Below are positions 27,473 to 36,543 of a DNA stretch of 64,000 nt, one piece after another. Both the position numbers and the translations under genes were made by a program. The DNA is from an uncultured Clostridia bacterium (GTDB lineage Bacteria; Bacillota; Clostridia; Christensenellales; UBA1242): assembly GCA_934771475.1 (NCBI GenBank), contig CAKVMD010000005.1:1328-65327 (forward strand). Reading direction: 5' to 3'. Numbering within the stretch: position 1 is the stretch's first letter; each line of letters opens with the position of its first letter. Below the pieces are notes generated by a model, which did no database searches, had not been told where the DNA came from, and worked only from the letters and a program-made list of their open reading frames with translations.

Positions 27473-28948
27473 ATGGAAAAATTTGAAATCTATGAGGACA
27501 TCAAATCGCGAACAAATGGCGATATTTATATTGGCGTGGTTGGACCTGTTAGAGTGGGTAAAAGCACTTTTATAAGCCAATTTATGCAAAGGCTTGTTGT
27601 CCCAAACATTACAGAGAAAAACGCAAAGGAAAGAACTCTTGATGAACTTCCTCAAAGTGCAGACGGAAAAACTATTATGACAACTCAACCTCACTTTGTG
27701 CCTAACGAAGCGGTTAAAATCAAAGTTGCTAACGCTGAAATGAGGGTAAGACTTATTGATTGCGTTGGCTATCTTGTGAGTGGAGTTATGGGACACACCG
27801 AGGATGACAAACCTAGACTTGTTAAAACGCCTTGGTCAAACAAAGAAATGCCATTTGAAGAGGCTGCCGAATTTGGAACAACAAAGGTTATTGAGGACCA
27901 TTCAACCATTGGCATTATGGTTACAACAGACGGTTCGGTCGCTGACTTGCCTCGAAGCAGTTATGTTGAAGCCGAAGAAAGGGTTGTAAAGAAACTTAAA
28001 GATGCAGGAAAACCTTTTGTCATCGCTCTCAACTGCAAGAACCCACATTCACAAGACAATAAAAAGTTGGCGCAAAGTTTGTCCACTAAATATGATGCGC
28101 CTGTTATCCCAATTAACGCGCTTGAACTCAAAGATGAAGATGTTGATAAAATCTTTGAAAATGTGCTTATGGAGTTCCCGGTTAAGTCAATTCAAGTGAA
28201 GATGCCTGATTGGCTTCGCGCACTTGATTTTAATGATGACATAATAAGCGAAATCACAAACGAAATGAGAAAAGTTGGGCAAGGTATGCTTAAATTAAGC
28301 GATGCAAACAAAAATCAAATAGCTTTTTCTGAAAGCACCGCCTTTGACCCTATCACGCTTTCAGTAATTGACGCTGGTAATGGAATTATTAAGTTTAATG
28401 TTATTCCAAAAGATGGACTATTTTACAAAGTTCTTTCAAAGGAATGCGGATATGAACTTGCCGATGACTTTGCCCTTGTCAAATATATTAAAGAACTTGC
28501 TGTGGCTAAACTTGAATATGACAAACTCAAAACTGCACTTGAAGAGGTTAGACAAACTGGCTACGGAATTGTTGAACCTCGCCGAGAAGATTTGGAACTT
28601 GGTGAGCCAGAGGTTATCAAACAAGGTGGAAGATATGGCGTTAAAATTAAGGCGTCAGCACCTAGCCTTCACATTATGAGAGTTGATGTTGAAACTGAGG
28701 TTACTCCACTTGTTGGAAGCGAGGACCAAAGCGAAGATTTTGTTAAGAGTTTGCAAGAGCAATTTGAAACTAAACCAGAAACAATTTGGGATACGAATAT
28801 TTTGGGAAAGAGCCTTTATTCACTTGTTGGGGATAATATCAATTCAAAAATTATCACTATGCCAGTCGAGGCTCAACGCAAGATGAGAAAAACTCTTGGC
28901 AGAATTGTCAACGAGGGTAAAGGCGGAGTGCTTTGTATTCTCCTTTAA
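27473..28948 (+). CDS. spoIVA: Stage IV sporulation protein A (spore coat morphogenetic ATPase)
   Basis: 491 aa. The N-terminus is DIYIGVVGPVRVGKSTFI (Walker A) and the conserved C-terminus is GGVLCILL. Confidence 0.95.
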   Translation: MEKFEIYEDIKSRTNGDIYIGVVGPVRVGKSTFISQFMQRLVVPNITEKNAKERTLDELPQSADGKTIMTTQPHFVPNEAVKIKVANAEMRVRLIDCVGYLVSGVMGHTEDDKPRLVKTPWSNKEMPFEEAAEFGTTKVIEDHSTIGIMVTTDGSVADLPRSSYVEAEERVVKKLKDAGKPFVIALNCKNPHSQDNKKLAQSLSTKYDAPVIPINALELKDEDVDKIFENVLMEFPVKSIQVKMPDWLRALDFNDDIISEITNEMRKVGQGMLKLSDANKNQIAFSESTAFDPITLSVIDAGNGIIKFNVIPKDGLFYKVLSKECGYELADDFALVKYIKELAVAKLEYDKLKTALEEVRQTGYGIVEPRREDLELGEPEVIKQGGRYGVKIKASAPSLHIMRVDVETEVTPLVGSEDQSEDFVKSLQEQFETKPETIWDTNILGKSLYSLVGDNINSKIITMPVEAQRKMRKTLGRIVNEGKGGVLCILL

Positions 28949-29046
28949 TAATTGGTTTAAAAATCTATTCACATTAAACAAATGTAAAATTAAAAATTAA
29001 AATATTCGAAAAATATTTAAATTTCAAAAAAAATATCAAAAAAATG

Positions 29047-29077
29047 AAAAAAAGGCTTTTAAAAGCCTTTTTTTGCG
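29047..29077. terminator. Bidirectional terminator between spoIVA and the convergent 164-aa gene
   Basis: Palindrome aaaaaaaggctttt/aaaagccttttttt flanked by A and T runs. Confidence 0.7.
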
Positions 29078-29193
29078 TAAAAAATATAGAATTTATTTAA
29101 TTTTTAACAAGAATGGTTTGTGTAAAGCATTTTTTGCTTTTATAGAAATAAAAAAATATTAAATATTGTTTTAGCGATAAAAGAGACCAAAAA

Positions 29194-29688
29194 TCATTTT
29201 AAGATTTTTAAATCTTTTATATTAACAGAAATGCAATCACCATCATATTCACCATTATTCTTTATGCTTGAAAAGTCCACTTCAACATAGCCTTGAACCG
29301 CCTTGCTGTCCATAACATAACCTTTGGCTCCTTTGTGTATGCCCAATTTAGAATATTTGGGGTTTTCTACGATAAGTTCTACATGGTCAAAATCGTGAAA
29401 AGGGATGTCTTCAAATGACGATTTAGATTTCGTGGTAATTTCAGCAATTTTATTTTCTATTAGTTCTTTCATATTATCAGGGAGTTTTTCTTCGCAAAGA
29501 AGCAAGCCCTTTAATTTTATATTAACAAAAGCATAATCGCCAGTATTTTGAGGGTTTAAAAATAAAACATTTGCACTTATCGTAAAGACATCAGTTATAA
29601 TGCCATGCAAATCTTTATATAAATTGTTTTGCAAGTATGGCTCACTGTTTATTAGTTTCACTAAATCATATCTTTTCATTTTGCCCAT
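29194..29688 (-). CDS. Hypothetical protein with two tandem small beta-barrel (DUF4926-like) halves
   Basis: 164 aa. Both halves follow the pattern [FY]D.V.L........GI..G..G.V......Y.V.F, and the second half (FDHVELI...GIHKGAKGYVMD...YVEVDF) fits best. RBS is ggagg. Confidence 0.5.
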   Translation of the reverse strand: MGKMKRYDLVKLINSEPYLQNNLYKDLHGIITDVFTISANVLFLNPQNTGDYAFVNIKLKGLLLCEEKLPDNMKELIENKIAEITTKSKSSFEDIPFHDFDHVELIVENPKYSKLGIHKGAKGYVMDSKAVQGYVEVDFSSIKNNGEYDGDCISVNIKDLKILK

Positions 29689-29757
29689 CCTCCAAATGGT
29701 GTTGTGTTTTTAATTAGTCCTTGGGGACACAACATCCACCCGCTATAAAATTTTATC

Positions 29758-29838
29758 CTAATGAATTGATGTTGTATTGACATCATCACTTATTTGCAAA
29801 TTATCGCTTATTTGCAATAAATTGTCAAATGCTCCCAT
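29758..29838 (-). CDS. Possible 26-aa small ORF (MGAFDNLLQISDNLQISDDVNTTSIH)
   Basis: A strong RBS (ttaaggaggtttataaaattac-ATG) precedes it. It contains an internal direct repeat (cttatttgcaa x2). It lies 69 nt upstream of the 164-aa gene, with a hairpin between them. Confidence 0.3.
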   Translation of the reverse strand: MGAFDNLLQISDNLQISDDVNTTSIH

Positions 29839-30060
29839 GTAATTTTATAAACCTCCTTAATTTTTTATTTTTTTGATAATTTTGGTGAGTGAATGGGTAA
29901 ATAGAAAAGGTTAATTTTTTTGGGGGTACAAGTGGTTTATTGTTTTGGGTGGGGTGTTTGATATTGCGCTTTTGCCTTTCACCAAGTAGAAATTTTTATT
30001 TCCTAAACAAAAGTTTGTTTTTCTCTTTGAATTGTTTTTAAAAAATGCTATCATATAGTC

Positions 30061-32328
30061 ATGAATTACGATATAAACTCTTTAAATGAAGAACAACTTG
30101 CGCCTCTAAAACAGATTGACGGGGCGGTTTTGGTTACAGCAGGGGCTGGAAGCGGAAAAACTAGACTTTTAACGCATCGCGTGGCTTATCTTATTGAGCA
30201 CGAGGGCGTGAGTCCATTTAATATCCTCGCTATCACTTTTACCAATAAAGCAGCGGGAGAGATGAAAGAAAGAATATCAAATATGGTTGTGGGGGCGGAT
30301 AGAGTTTGGATTTCCACCTTCCACTCTATGTGTGCCAAAATTTTAAGAATGGATATAGAGCACCTTCCACCATTCACCAAAGATTTTTCGATTTACAGCG
30401 AAAGCGATAGTGATAAGGTGATAAAAGAAGTACTTGGAGAGCGTGGAATAAGTGATGATAAAATCAAAAAGGAACTTGTTTATCACATTTCTAATTGGAA
30501 AAATAATGGTCAAAGTTATGTAGATTATATCAAAACTCACGAAAGTGAATATGATATACAGAAAATTGGTTCAATGATGCTGGCATACAACGAAAAACTT
30601 GCAAAAAACAACGCTCTGGACTTTGATGACCTTCTTGTCAAAACAGTTGAACTTTTCACAAAAAATCCTGATGTTTTAGATAAGTATGCAAGGCGATTTG
30701 AATACATTTTAGTTGATGAGTTTCAAGATACAAACCTCGTTCAATATAACCTTGTAAAAATGCTGGCAAGTGTGCACAAAAATGTGTTTGCTGTTGGAGA
30801 TGAGGACCAGTGCATATACTCTTGGAGAGGGGCAAACTTTCAAAATATCTTCAATTTTAAAAAGGATTTTGAGGGCGCAAAAACTTTCAAACTTGAAAGA
30901 AATTACCGCTCGACAAATGAAATTATTTCGGTTGCAAACAATGTGATTAAGCACAACTCTTCTCGTCTTGATAAAAATATGTGGACGGATAAAAACGGAG
31001 GAGAAAAACCGACTCTTTATAACGCCTATGATGAGCGTGATGAGGCGCTCTATGTAGCAAAAACAATTTCTACTCTTAAAAGTGAGGGATATGACTATAA
31101 CGACATAGCGGTTTTGATGAGAATGAACGCTCTGTCGCGTAGCATAGAGGAAGCGCTTTTATCATATAACATTCCTCACCGAATTTTTGGCGGGTTTAAA
31201 TTCTATGAACGCGCCGAGATAAAAAATATAATTGCCTATTTGAGACTTTTTGTAAATCCAAAGGATGACATATCTTTTTCGCGAATAATCAATTTCCCAA
31301 AACGTGGAATTGGAGACGGGACTCTTGCTAAACTGGGTGAAATAAACAGAAACTCTTCTTTGCTTGAAAACTGCATTGGGGAAGAAATAAAAAGTTCGGC
31401 ACTTTATAAAAAGTTTCAGCCTTTTGCGGAAGCGTTTAATCGCGTAAAATTTAAACCACAAAAACCTCTTTCAGCGTTTGTTGAAGAAGTTTTGAATGAA
31501 TTTAATGTTCGCGCCTCTTACAATCCAAGCCTTGAAGAAGAAATGGACAAAATTATGAATATAGACCAGTTTGTAGCATCAGTGAAAGAGTTTGAAGCGC
31601 TAAATCCTGATGCGGGGCTAGGTGAGTATCTTGAAAATATAACCTTGTCAAGTGAAAATGACGAAATTGGACAAGGTGGAGCAGTTACGATTGCAACAGT
31701 TCACGCTGTTAAAGGGCTGGAATTTAAAGTGGTGTTTGTAATAGGTCTTGAAGAGGGGATTTTTCCTATTAAGCGCGCAACCTCCTCCACCGATATTGAA
31801 GAAGAGCGCAGACTTATGTATGTTGCCTTGACGCGTGCAGAAGAAAGGCTTTATTTAAGCCACGCAAGCAAGAGATATATGTATTGTGAAAGCCAATATC
31901 AATCTCCAAGTCGCTTCTGCAAGGAACTCGGGCTTTTAGGCATTGAGAGAAAGGAGAATAGAAGTTACACTGCTGACCGCACTTATGACGGATATTCTCG
32001 CTCGCAAAATGGTTACATAGGCAAGGCGAAATTTCAAAAAGTATATAATTTTGAAGAAAATGGCGATAATTTTAATGATTTTAATGATTTTTCTGCTCCA
32101 AAACCATTATTTAACAAAAATTTGGTGCTAAAAAATGAGGCAAAAGATGAAAAACCAAAGCAGGATGTGAGTCGTTACAAAGTAGGCATGAGGGTCTTTT
32201 ACCAAAAGTTTGGCGAAGGAAAAATTGTCGAAATAAGTGATGACGGTCTTGTTGGAGATATTATTTTTGACGATTTTGGCAAAAAGAGTTTAATGCTTGA
32301 AACAGCAAAACTTGACATACTTTCATAG
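30061..32328 (+). CDS. pcrA: ATP-dependent DNA helicase PcrA (UvrD family)
   Basis: Motifs AGAGSGKT, FTNKAA.EM, DEFQDTN, YRS, VHA.KGLEF and YVA.TRA are present. The pcrA-ligA synteny is conserved. Confidence 0.95.
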   Translation: MNYDINSLNEEQLAPLKQIDGAVLVTAGAGSGKTRLLTHRVAYLIEHEGVSPFNILAITFTNKAAGEMKERISNMVVGADRVWISTFHSMCAKILRMDIEHLPPFTKDFSIYSESDSDKVIKEVLGERGISDDKIKKELVYHISNWKNNGQSYVDYIKTHESEYDIQKIGSMMLAYNEKLAKNNALDFDDLLVKTVELFTKNPDVLDKYARRFEYILVDEFQDTNLVQYNLVKMLASVHKNVFAVGDEDQCIYSWRGANFQNIFNFKKDFEGAKTFKLERNYRSTNEIISVANNVIKHNSSRLDKNMWTDKNGGEKPTLYNAYDERDEALYVAKTISTLKSEGYDYNDIAVLMRMNALSRSIEEALLSYNIPHRIFGGFKFYERAEIKNIIAYLRLFVNPKDDISFSRIINFPKRGIGDGTLAKLGEINRNSSLLENCIGEEIKSSALYKKFQPFAEAFNRVKFKPQKPLSAFVEEVLNEFNVRASYNPSLEEEMDKIMNIDQFVASVKEFEALNPDAGLGEYLENITLSSENDEIGQGGAVTIATVHAVKGLEFKVVFVIGLEEGIFPIKRATSSTDIEEERRLMYVALTRAEERLYLSHASKRYMYCESQYQSPSRFCKELGLLGIERKENRSYTADRTYDGYSRSQNGYIGKAKFQKVYNFEENGDNFNDFNDFSAPKPLFNKNLVLKNEAKDEKPKQDVSRYKVGMRVFYQKFGEGKIVEISDDGLVGDIIFDDFGKKSLMLETAKLDILS

Positions 32329-32336
32329 GAGGTGTT

Positions 32337-34286
32337 ATGGATAAACTTGAAGAAATGAAAGCGCTTATCAGCGAGATTGAGAAGCACAATTACAACTATT
32401 ATGTTAAAGACAACCCTACCATTTCGGATAGTGAATATGATAAACTTTATTATCACCTTGTTGACCTTGAAAAGGAAACGGGGACAACTCTTCCATATTC
32501 GCCAACATTGAGAGTGGGGGATAAAGTCTTAGAAGGTTTTGAAAAAAAGCGTCATGAAGTGCCTTTATATTCGCTTAACAAGGTGCGTGATTTTGAAGAA
32601 CTTGCATCATGGGTGGCGGACATGAAAAAACTTGCGGACAACACTGACTTTGCGGTTGAATATAAGTTTGACGGGTTACAAATTGTAGTTGAGTACAACG
32701 AGGGCGTTTTTGTGAGTGCCACGACCCGCGGGAATGGAACGATTGGTGAAGATGTTTCGTTGCAAGTTAAAACCATCAAAAGTGTGCCTTTGCAAATTCC
32801 ATACAAAGGGAAATTGATTGTGCAAGGCGAAGGCATGATGACAAATAAAAACTTTGAAAAGTACAATCAAACAGCGGAAGAAAAACTTAAAAATCCTCGT
32901 AACGCAGCGGCTGGGGCAATAAGAAACCTCGACCCAAAAGAGACTGCGAAACGAAACCTTGACTATTTTTGTTATTCAATTCTCGCTTGTCCTGACAAAA
33001 CTTTTTCCACTCAACAACAAATGCATCAGTTTTTAGAGGAAAATGGTTTTAAAACTGGCGATTATTTTAAACTTTGCTCTTCGTGCGAGCAAATTATAGA
33101 TTGCATAAATGACATCGACAAAAAGAAAAGCAAACTTGATGTTATGATTGACGGAATGGTTATAAAAATCAACAAGGTCTCTCCTCGTGAAGAAATAGGT
33201 TGGACGGCAAAGTTTCCTAAGTGGGCTCTCGCATACAAATTTGAAGCGCAAGAGGTTACCACTATTCTTCAAAATGTTACTTGGCAGGTTGGAAGAAGCG
33301 GAAGGGTTACACCTATCGCAAACTTACAGCCAGTCTTGCTTGCTGGGGCGACAGTTTCACGAGCAACGCTAAACAATATTGATGATATAAGACGAAAAGA
33401 TGTATATGAAAATTCACGCGTGTTTGTCAGACGCTCAAATGAGGTGATTCCAGAAATAATGGGGCTTGCCGAAAAATTTGACAACTCAGTTCCCGTCTTA
33501 GTTCCACAACTTTGTCCTTGCTGTGGGGGAAAATTAACTCAAAAAGGGCCGCTTCTATTTTGCACAAATCACCTTGGTTGCAAAGAGCAAGTGGTGGATA
33601 GATTAAGTCATTTTGCGAGCAGAGAAGCGTTCAATATCGAAGGTCTTTCAATCAAAACCTGTGAGGCTTTGTATGACAATTTGGGAGTTAGAAGATTAAG
33701 CGACTTATTCAAATTAAATAAGGAAGATTTGTTAAAACTTGATAAATTTAAAGATAAAAAGGCAGAAAATATAGTAAAAAGCCTTCAAAAAAGCAAAATT
33801 ATTGATTTTTACAGATTTTTATTTGCTCTGGGCATAAGTGAAGTTGGCGTGAAAACAGCAAAGGACCTTGCCAAACATTTTAATGGACTTGACGAAATTA
33901 AGACCGCTTCAAAGGAAGATATTTTAGAGGTTGAAGACATAGGTGAGATTATAGCAAACAATATAGTTTCGTTCTTCGAGGACAAGGCAAATTTGGCTGA
34001 AATTGACAGCCTATTAAATCAAGGCGTAACTATTAAAGAAAAAGAAAATCTTGTTCAAAATCAAAAGCTTAAAGGACTGACATTTGTGCTTACTGGCACA
34101 ATCTCTCGAAGCAGAGCGGAGGTTGAAAAAGAAATTGAAAGTATGGGAGGAAAGTGCTCAGGTTCAGTTTCCAAAAACACCGATTATGTTCTGGCTGGTG
34201 AAAGCGCTGGAAGCAAACTTGACAAAGCCCGTTCTCTTGGAATAAAAATCATCACAGAAGAGGAGTATAACGCTCTAAAAGGGTAA
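32337..34286 (+). CDS. ligA: NAD-dependent DNA ligase LigA
   Basis: Has the YY.......SD.EYD motif, the adenylation motif KFDG (V-E-Y-K-F-D-G-L), a Zn finger CPCCGG...C, HhH repeats, and a BRCT C-terminus (FVLTG...). Confidence 0.95.
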   Translation: MDKLEEMKALISEIEKHNYNYYVKDNPTISDSEYDKLYYHLVDLEKETGTTLPYSPTLRVGDKVLEGFEKKRHEVPLYSLNKVRDFEELASWVADMKKLADNTDFAVEYKFDGLQIVVEYNEGVFVSATTRGNGTIGEDVSLQVKTIKSVPLQIPYKGKLIVQGEGMMTNKNFEKYNQTAEEKLKNPRNAAAGAIRNLDPKETAKRNLDYFCYSILACPDKTFSTQQQMHQFLEENGFKTGDYFKLCSSCEQIIDCINDIDKKKSKLDVMIDGMVIKINKVSPREEIGWTAKFPKWALAYKFEAQEVTTILQNVTWQVGRSGRVTPIANLQPVLLAGATVSRATLNNIDDIRRKDVYENSRVFVRRSNEVIPEIMGLAEKFDNSVPVLVPQLCPCCGGKLTQKGPLLFCTNHLGCKEQVVDRLSHFASREAFNIEGLSIKTCEALYDNLGVRRLSDLFKLNKEDLLKLDKFKDKKAENIVKSLQKSKIIDFYRFLFALGISEVGVKTAKDLAKHFNGLDEIKTASKEDILEVEDIGEIIANNIVSFFEDKANLAEIDSLLNQGVTIKEKENLVQNQKLKGLTFVLTGTISRSRAEVEKEIESMGGKCSGSVSKNTDYVLAGESAGSKLDKARSLGIKIITEEEYNALKG

Positions 34287-34792
34287 TGGGGGTGGACTTG
34301 GAAAACTTTGAAAAATTGCTAGATAAAGCTGAACAAATATTGGGCAAGAGGGATAATTTTACGATTGATGATGTTGTAAAGTATTTTGTTGAAAATTTTG
34401 GAGCTAAGGTCTATGATGATATTAAATCAATGATTATATTTGAACATACGCATGAAGACACAACACTTTCTGTTAAAGATTATACTCAACAATCGGTAAA
34501 AAGTGAGCCATATAAAGCTCTATACTTGCATTCTAATTCTGATTTCGACAAAGGAGTTGGATACCAACTTATTATAGGCTATGATAAAGATGGAATCATT
34601 ACAAGTTATTTTGAGGAATATGGCGGAGAGGAGACAGAAATCTTATCAGTCATGTGCAAAGATTGGAGAGAAAGAAGAGAAAAATGGCTGAATGATAGAA
34701 TGGAGTATGAAAAAACGCATACTTTGGAAGGGGATTTAAAGGAATTGTTGGGGGAAATATATCTGGATAAAAAAGATATACATCATGATTAA
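34286..34792 (+). CDS. Hypothetical 168-aa protein, paralog A1 (immunity-protein-like organisation, function unknown)
   Basis: Its start overlaps the ligA stop (TAATG at 34284-88). The N- and C-terminal thirds are nearly identical to the 36040-36540 product, and the centre is divergent. Confidence 0.6.
   Translation: MGVDLENFEKLLDKAEQILGKRDNFTIDDVVKYFVENFGAKVYDDIKSMIIFEHTHEDTTLSVKDYTQQSVKSEPYKALYLHSNSDFDKGVGYQLIIGYDKDGIITSYFEEYGGEETEILSVMCKDWRERREKWLNDRMEYEKTHTLEGDLKELLGEIYLDKKDIHHD
34301..34393 (+). repeat. Direct repeat block 1 (93 bp), with the partner copy at 36049-36141
   Basis: The two copies differ at a single base (atattgggcaag versus atatttggcaag). Confidence 0.9.
34638..34757 (+). 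repeat. Direct repeat block 2 (120 bp), with the partner copy at 36380-36499
   Basis: The two copies differ at a single base (ggaagggga versus ggaaggaga). Confidence 0.9.
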
Positions 34793-34928
34793 ATTATGAT
34801 GATATTCTATTAAATTAAAAACGACGACTTTGTAATTGAAAAATCCTATTTTTAATGTTAATTTTAAATATTATAAAATTATTGACAAATTTTACAATAT
34901 ATTGTATCATTTAAACTGGGAGGGAGAA

Positions 34929-36023
34929 ATGAAGAAATATAATATTTTTAGTATTTTAATGCTTGTATTATGCTTGTCATTAGTACCTATTTTCGCGGTT
35001 CATTTAGCGTCTAAAGAGTTGTCGGTAGATTTTTGTGAAAGGACAATTAATGTTGACGAAATTGGCGAAGTTTCATTTGAAGAAAAAGGTCAAAAGTTTA
35101 TTGATTCCTTACATAATTTAAAAATAGAGGCATCAAGTTCGGGGTTCTCTTATTCTGGGGAATTAAGCACTTTAGGAGTCCAAGCTCTAAGCGATGCAGG
35201 TGCTGATTATGACACTGAAATTTCGGCGGATTTTCGACTTTCGGAAGATAAAGTTGTCCTTTCGAAAATTGTAAAAAATGCAGGCGAAGAATCACTAGAA
35301 GCCATCTACTCTGTAGATGAGAATGATACTATTTGGTTGACGAGCACAAATGGGGATGTGATTAACTTAACTAATGAAATAGAACAAACCAATATTGATG
35401 AATGCTTTGCGGTGACAATCACTTCGGTCACGATGCTAATTATGCTGTTTATCCTTGGTGGCGTTGTGATTTATGGAAGTAATGCGCCAACTTATATATA
35501 CGATGGAACTAGCGTGATAAGCTCAGGAACTAGCGTGATAAGCTCATTAAAAGATGGTGTATGTTCGGTATGGGAGAAGGTTCGATTGGCATGCGGAGCA
35601 ATTACTGCAGAAAGGACTAAAGAAAAAATAGAAATTGGAGCGACGCAGATAGCTACTGTATATACGGCGACAAAGAATAGAAACGATTGTTATTTACTTA
35701 TTGATGCGGTTGTAAAGGGGGTGCCTCTTACAACTCACTATAAAACAACAAGTCAAAAAAATGCTTCAAATTGGATAAAAAAGGGGGGGAGTATTTGGTC
35801 TCCATATTCAACGACATCTGCATCTGCGGTTCAAAATACTGGTTACATTCCTGGAATTCAAAGAAAAGGCGCGTTTTTACCATTTCAATATGAGAATCAT
35901 TATGGAGATGATGCGTCAAGTAGTGTAATATATTTAAATCATTATCACTGTTTGTATAAACAAGGTGGAGTTTATAAAAAACTTGGATGGGTGCATGCGT
36001 TTTTTGGATTACCAGTTGCGTAA
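34929..36023 (+). CDS. Two-TM membrane/surface protein with an unknown C-terminal domain (364 aa)
   Basis: ATG 34929 follows gggaggga. It has an N-terminal signal/anchor (FSILMLVLCLSLVPIFAV), a second TM (VTITSVTMLIMLFILGGVVIYG), and a C-terminal ~170-aa soluble domain ending ...HYHCLYKQGGVYKKLGWVHAFFGLPVA. Confidence 0.6.
   Translation: MKKYNIFSILMLVLCLSLVPIFAVHLASKELSVDFCERTINVDEIGEVSFEEKGQKFIDSLHNLKIEASSSGFSYSGELSTLGVQALSDAGADYDTEISADFRLSEDKVVLSKIVKNAGEESLEAIYSVDENDTIWLTSTNGDVINLTNEIEQTNIDECFAVTITSVTMLIMLFILGGVVIYGSNAPTYIYDGTSVISSGTSVISSLKDGVCSVWEKVRLACGAITAERTKEKIEIGATQIATVYTATKNRNDCYLLIDAVVKGVPLTTHYKTTSQKNASNWIKKGGSIWSPYSTTSASAVQNTGYIPGIQRKGAFLPFQYENHYGDDASSSVIYLNHYHCLYKQGGVYKKLGWVHAFFGLPVA
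35505..35546 (+). repeat. Perfect 21-bp tandem duplication (ggaactagcgtgataagctca x2) inside the CDS
   Basis: Exact adjacent copies at 35505-35525 and 35526-35546. They encode GTSVISS-GTSVISS just after the second TM. Confidence 0.95.
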
Positions 36024-36039
36024 AGAGGTTATGTATTAA

Positions 36040-36540
36040 ATGAATGGGGAAAACTTTGAAAAATTGCTAGATAAAGCTGAACAAATATTTGGCAAGAGGG
36101 ATAATTTTACGATTGATGATGTTGTAAAGTATTTTGTTGAAGTCTGTGGTGGAAAAGCTTATAAGTCTTTGCAAGAAATGGAACGAGACAAAGATGTAGA
36201 TTTGACTTATATCCTTGATGATTTAAAAATTTATACAGACTATAATAAAAATCTAAATAAGTGTATGTCATTTATTGTCCCAACCAAAGATAAATCAGAT
36301 GAAGATTGGGTTTGGGTTATATATGATAAAGATAAAAGAATTACAAGTTTTTTCAGTGAATCCGCTTATGAGGAGTGTAAAATCTTATCAGTCATGTGCA
36401 AAGATTGGAGAGAAAGAAGAGAAAAATGGCTGAATGATAGAATGGAGTATGAAAAAACGCATACTTTGGAAGGAGATTTAAAGGAATTGTTGGGGGAAAG
36501 TTACTCGAAGAGAGATTGTCAAAATAATAAAAATGGTTAA
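36040..36540 (+). CDS. Hypothetical 166-aa protein, paralog A2
   Basis: It shares ENFEKLLDKAEQI.GKRDNFTIDDVVKYFVE and ILSVMCKDWRERREKWLNDRMEYEKTHTLEGDLKELLGE with A1. Confidence 0.6.
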   Translation: MNGENFEKLLDKAEQIFGKRDNFTIDDVVKYFVEVCGGKAYKSLQEMERDKDVDLTYILDDLKIYTDYNKNLNKCMSFIVPTKDKSDEDWVWVIYDKDKRITSFFSESAYEECKILSVMCKDWRERREKWLNDRMEYEKTHTLEGDLKELLGESYSKRDCQNNKNG

Positions 36541-36543
36541 ATT

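Noticed and set aside
27285-27796. 96-aa plus-strand and 114-aa minus-strand ORFs around the spoIVA start
   Set aside because: They overlap the spoIVA promoter and 5' coding region, have no RBS, and show no recognisable motifs.
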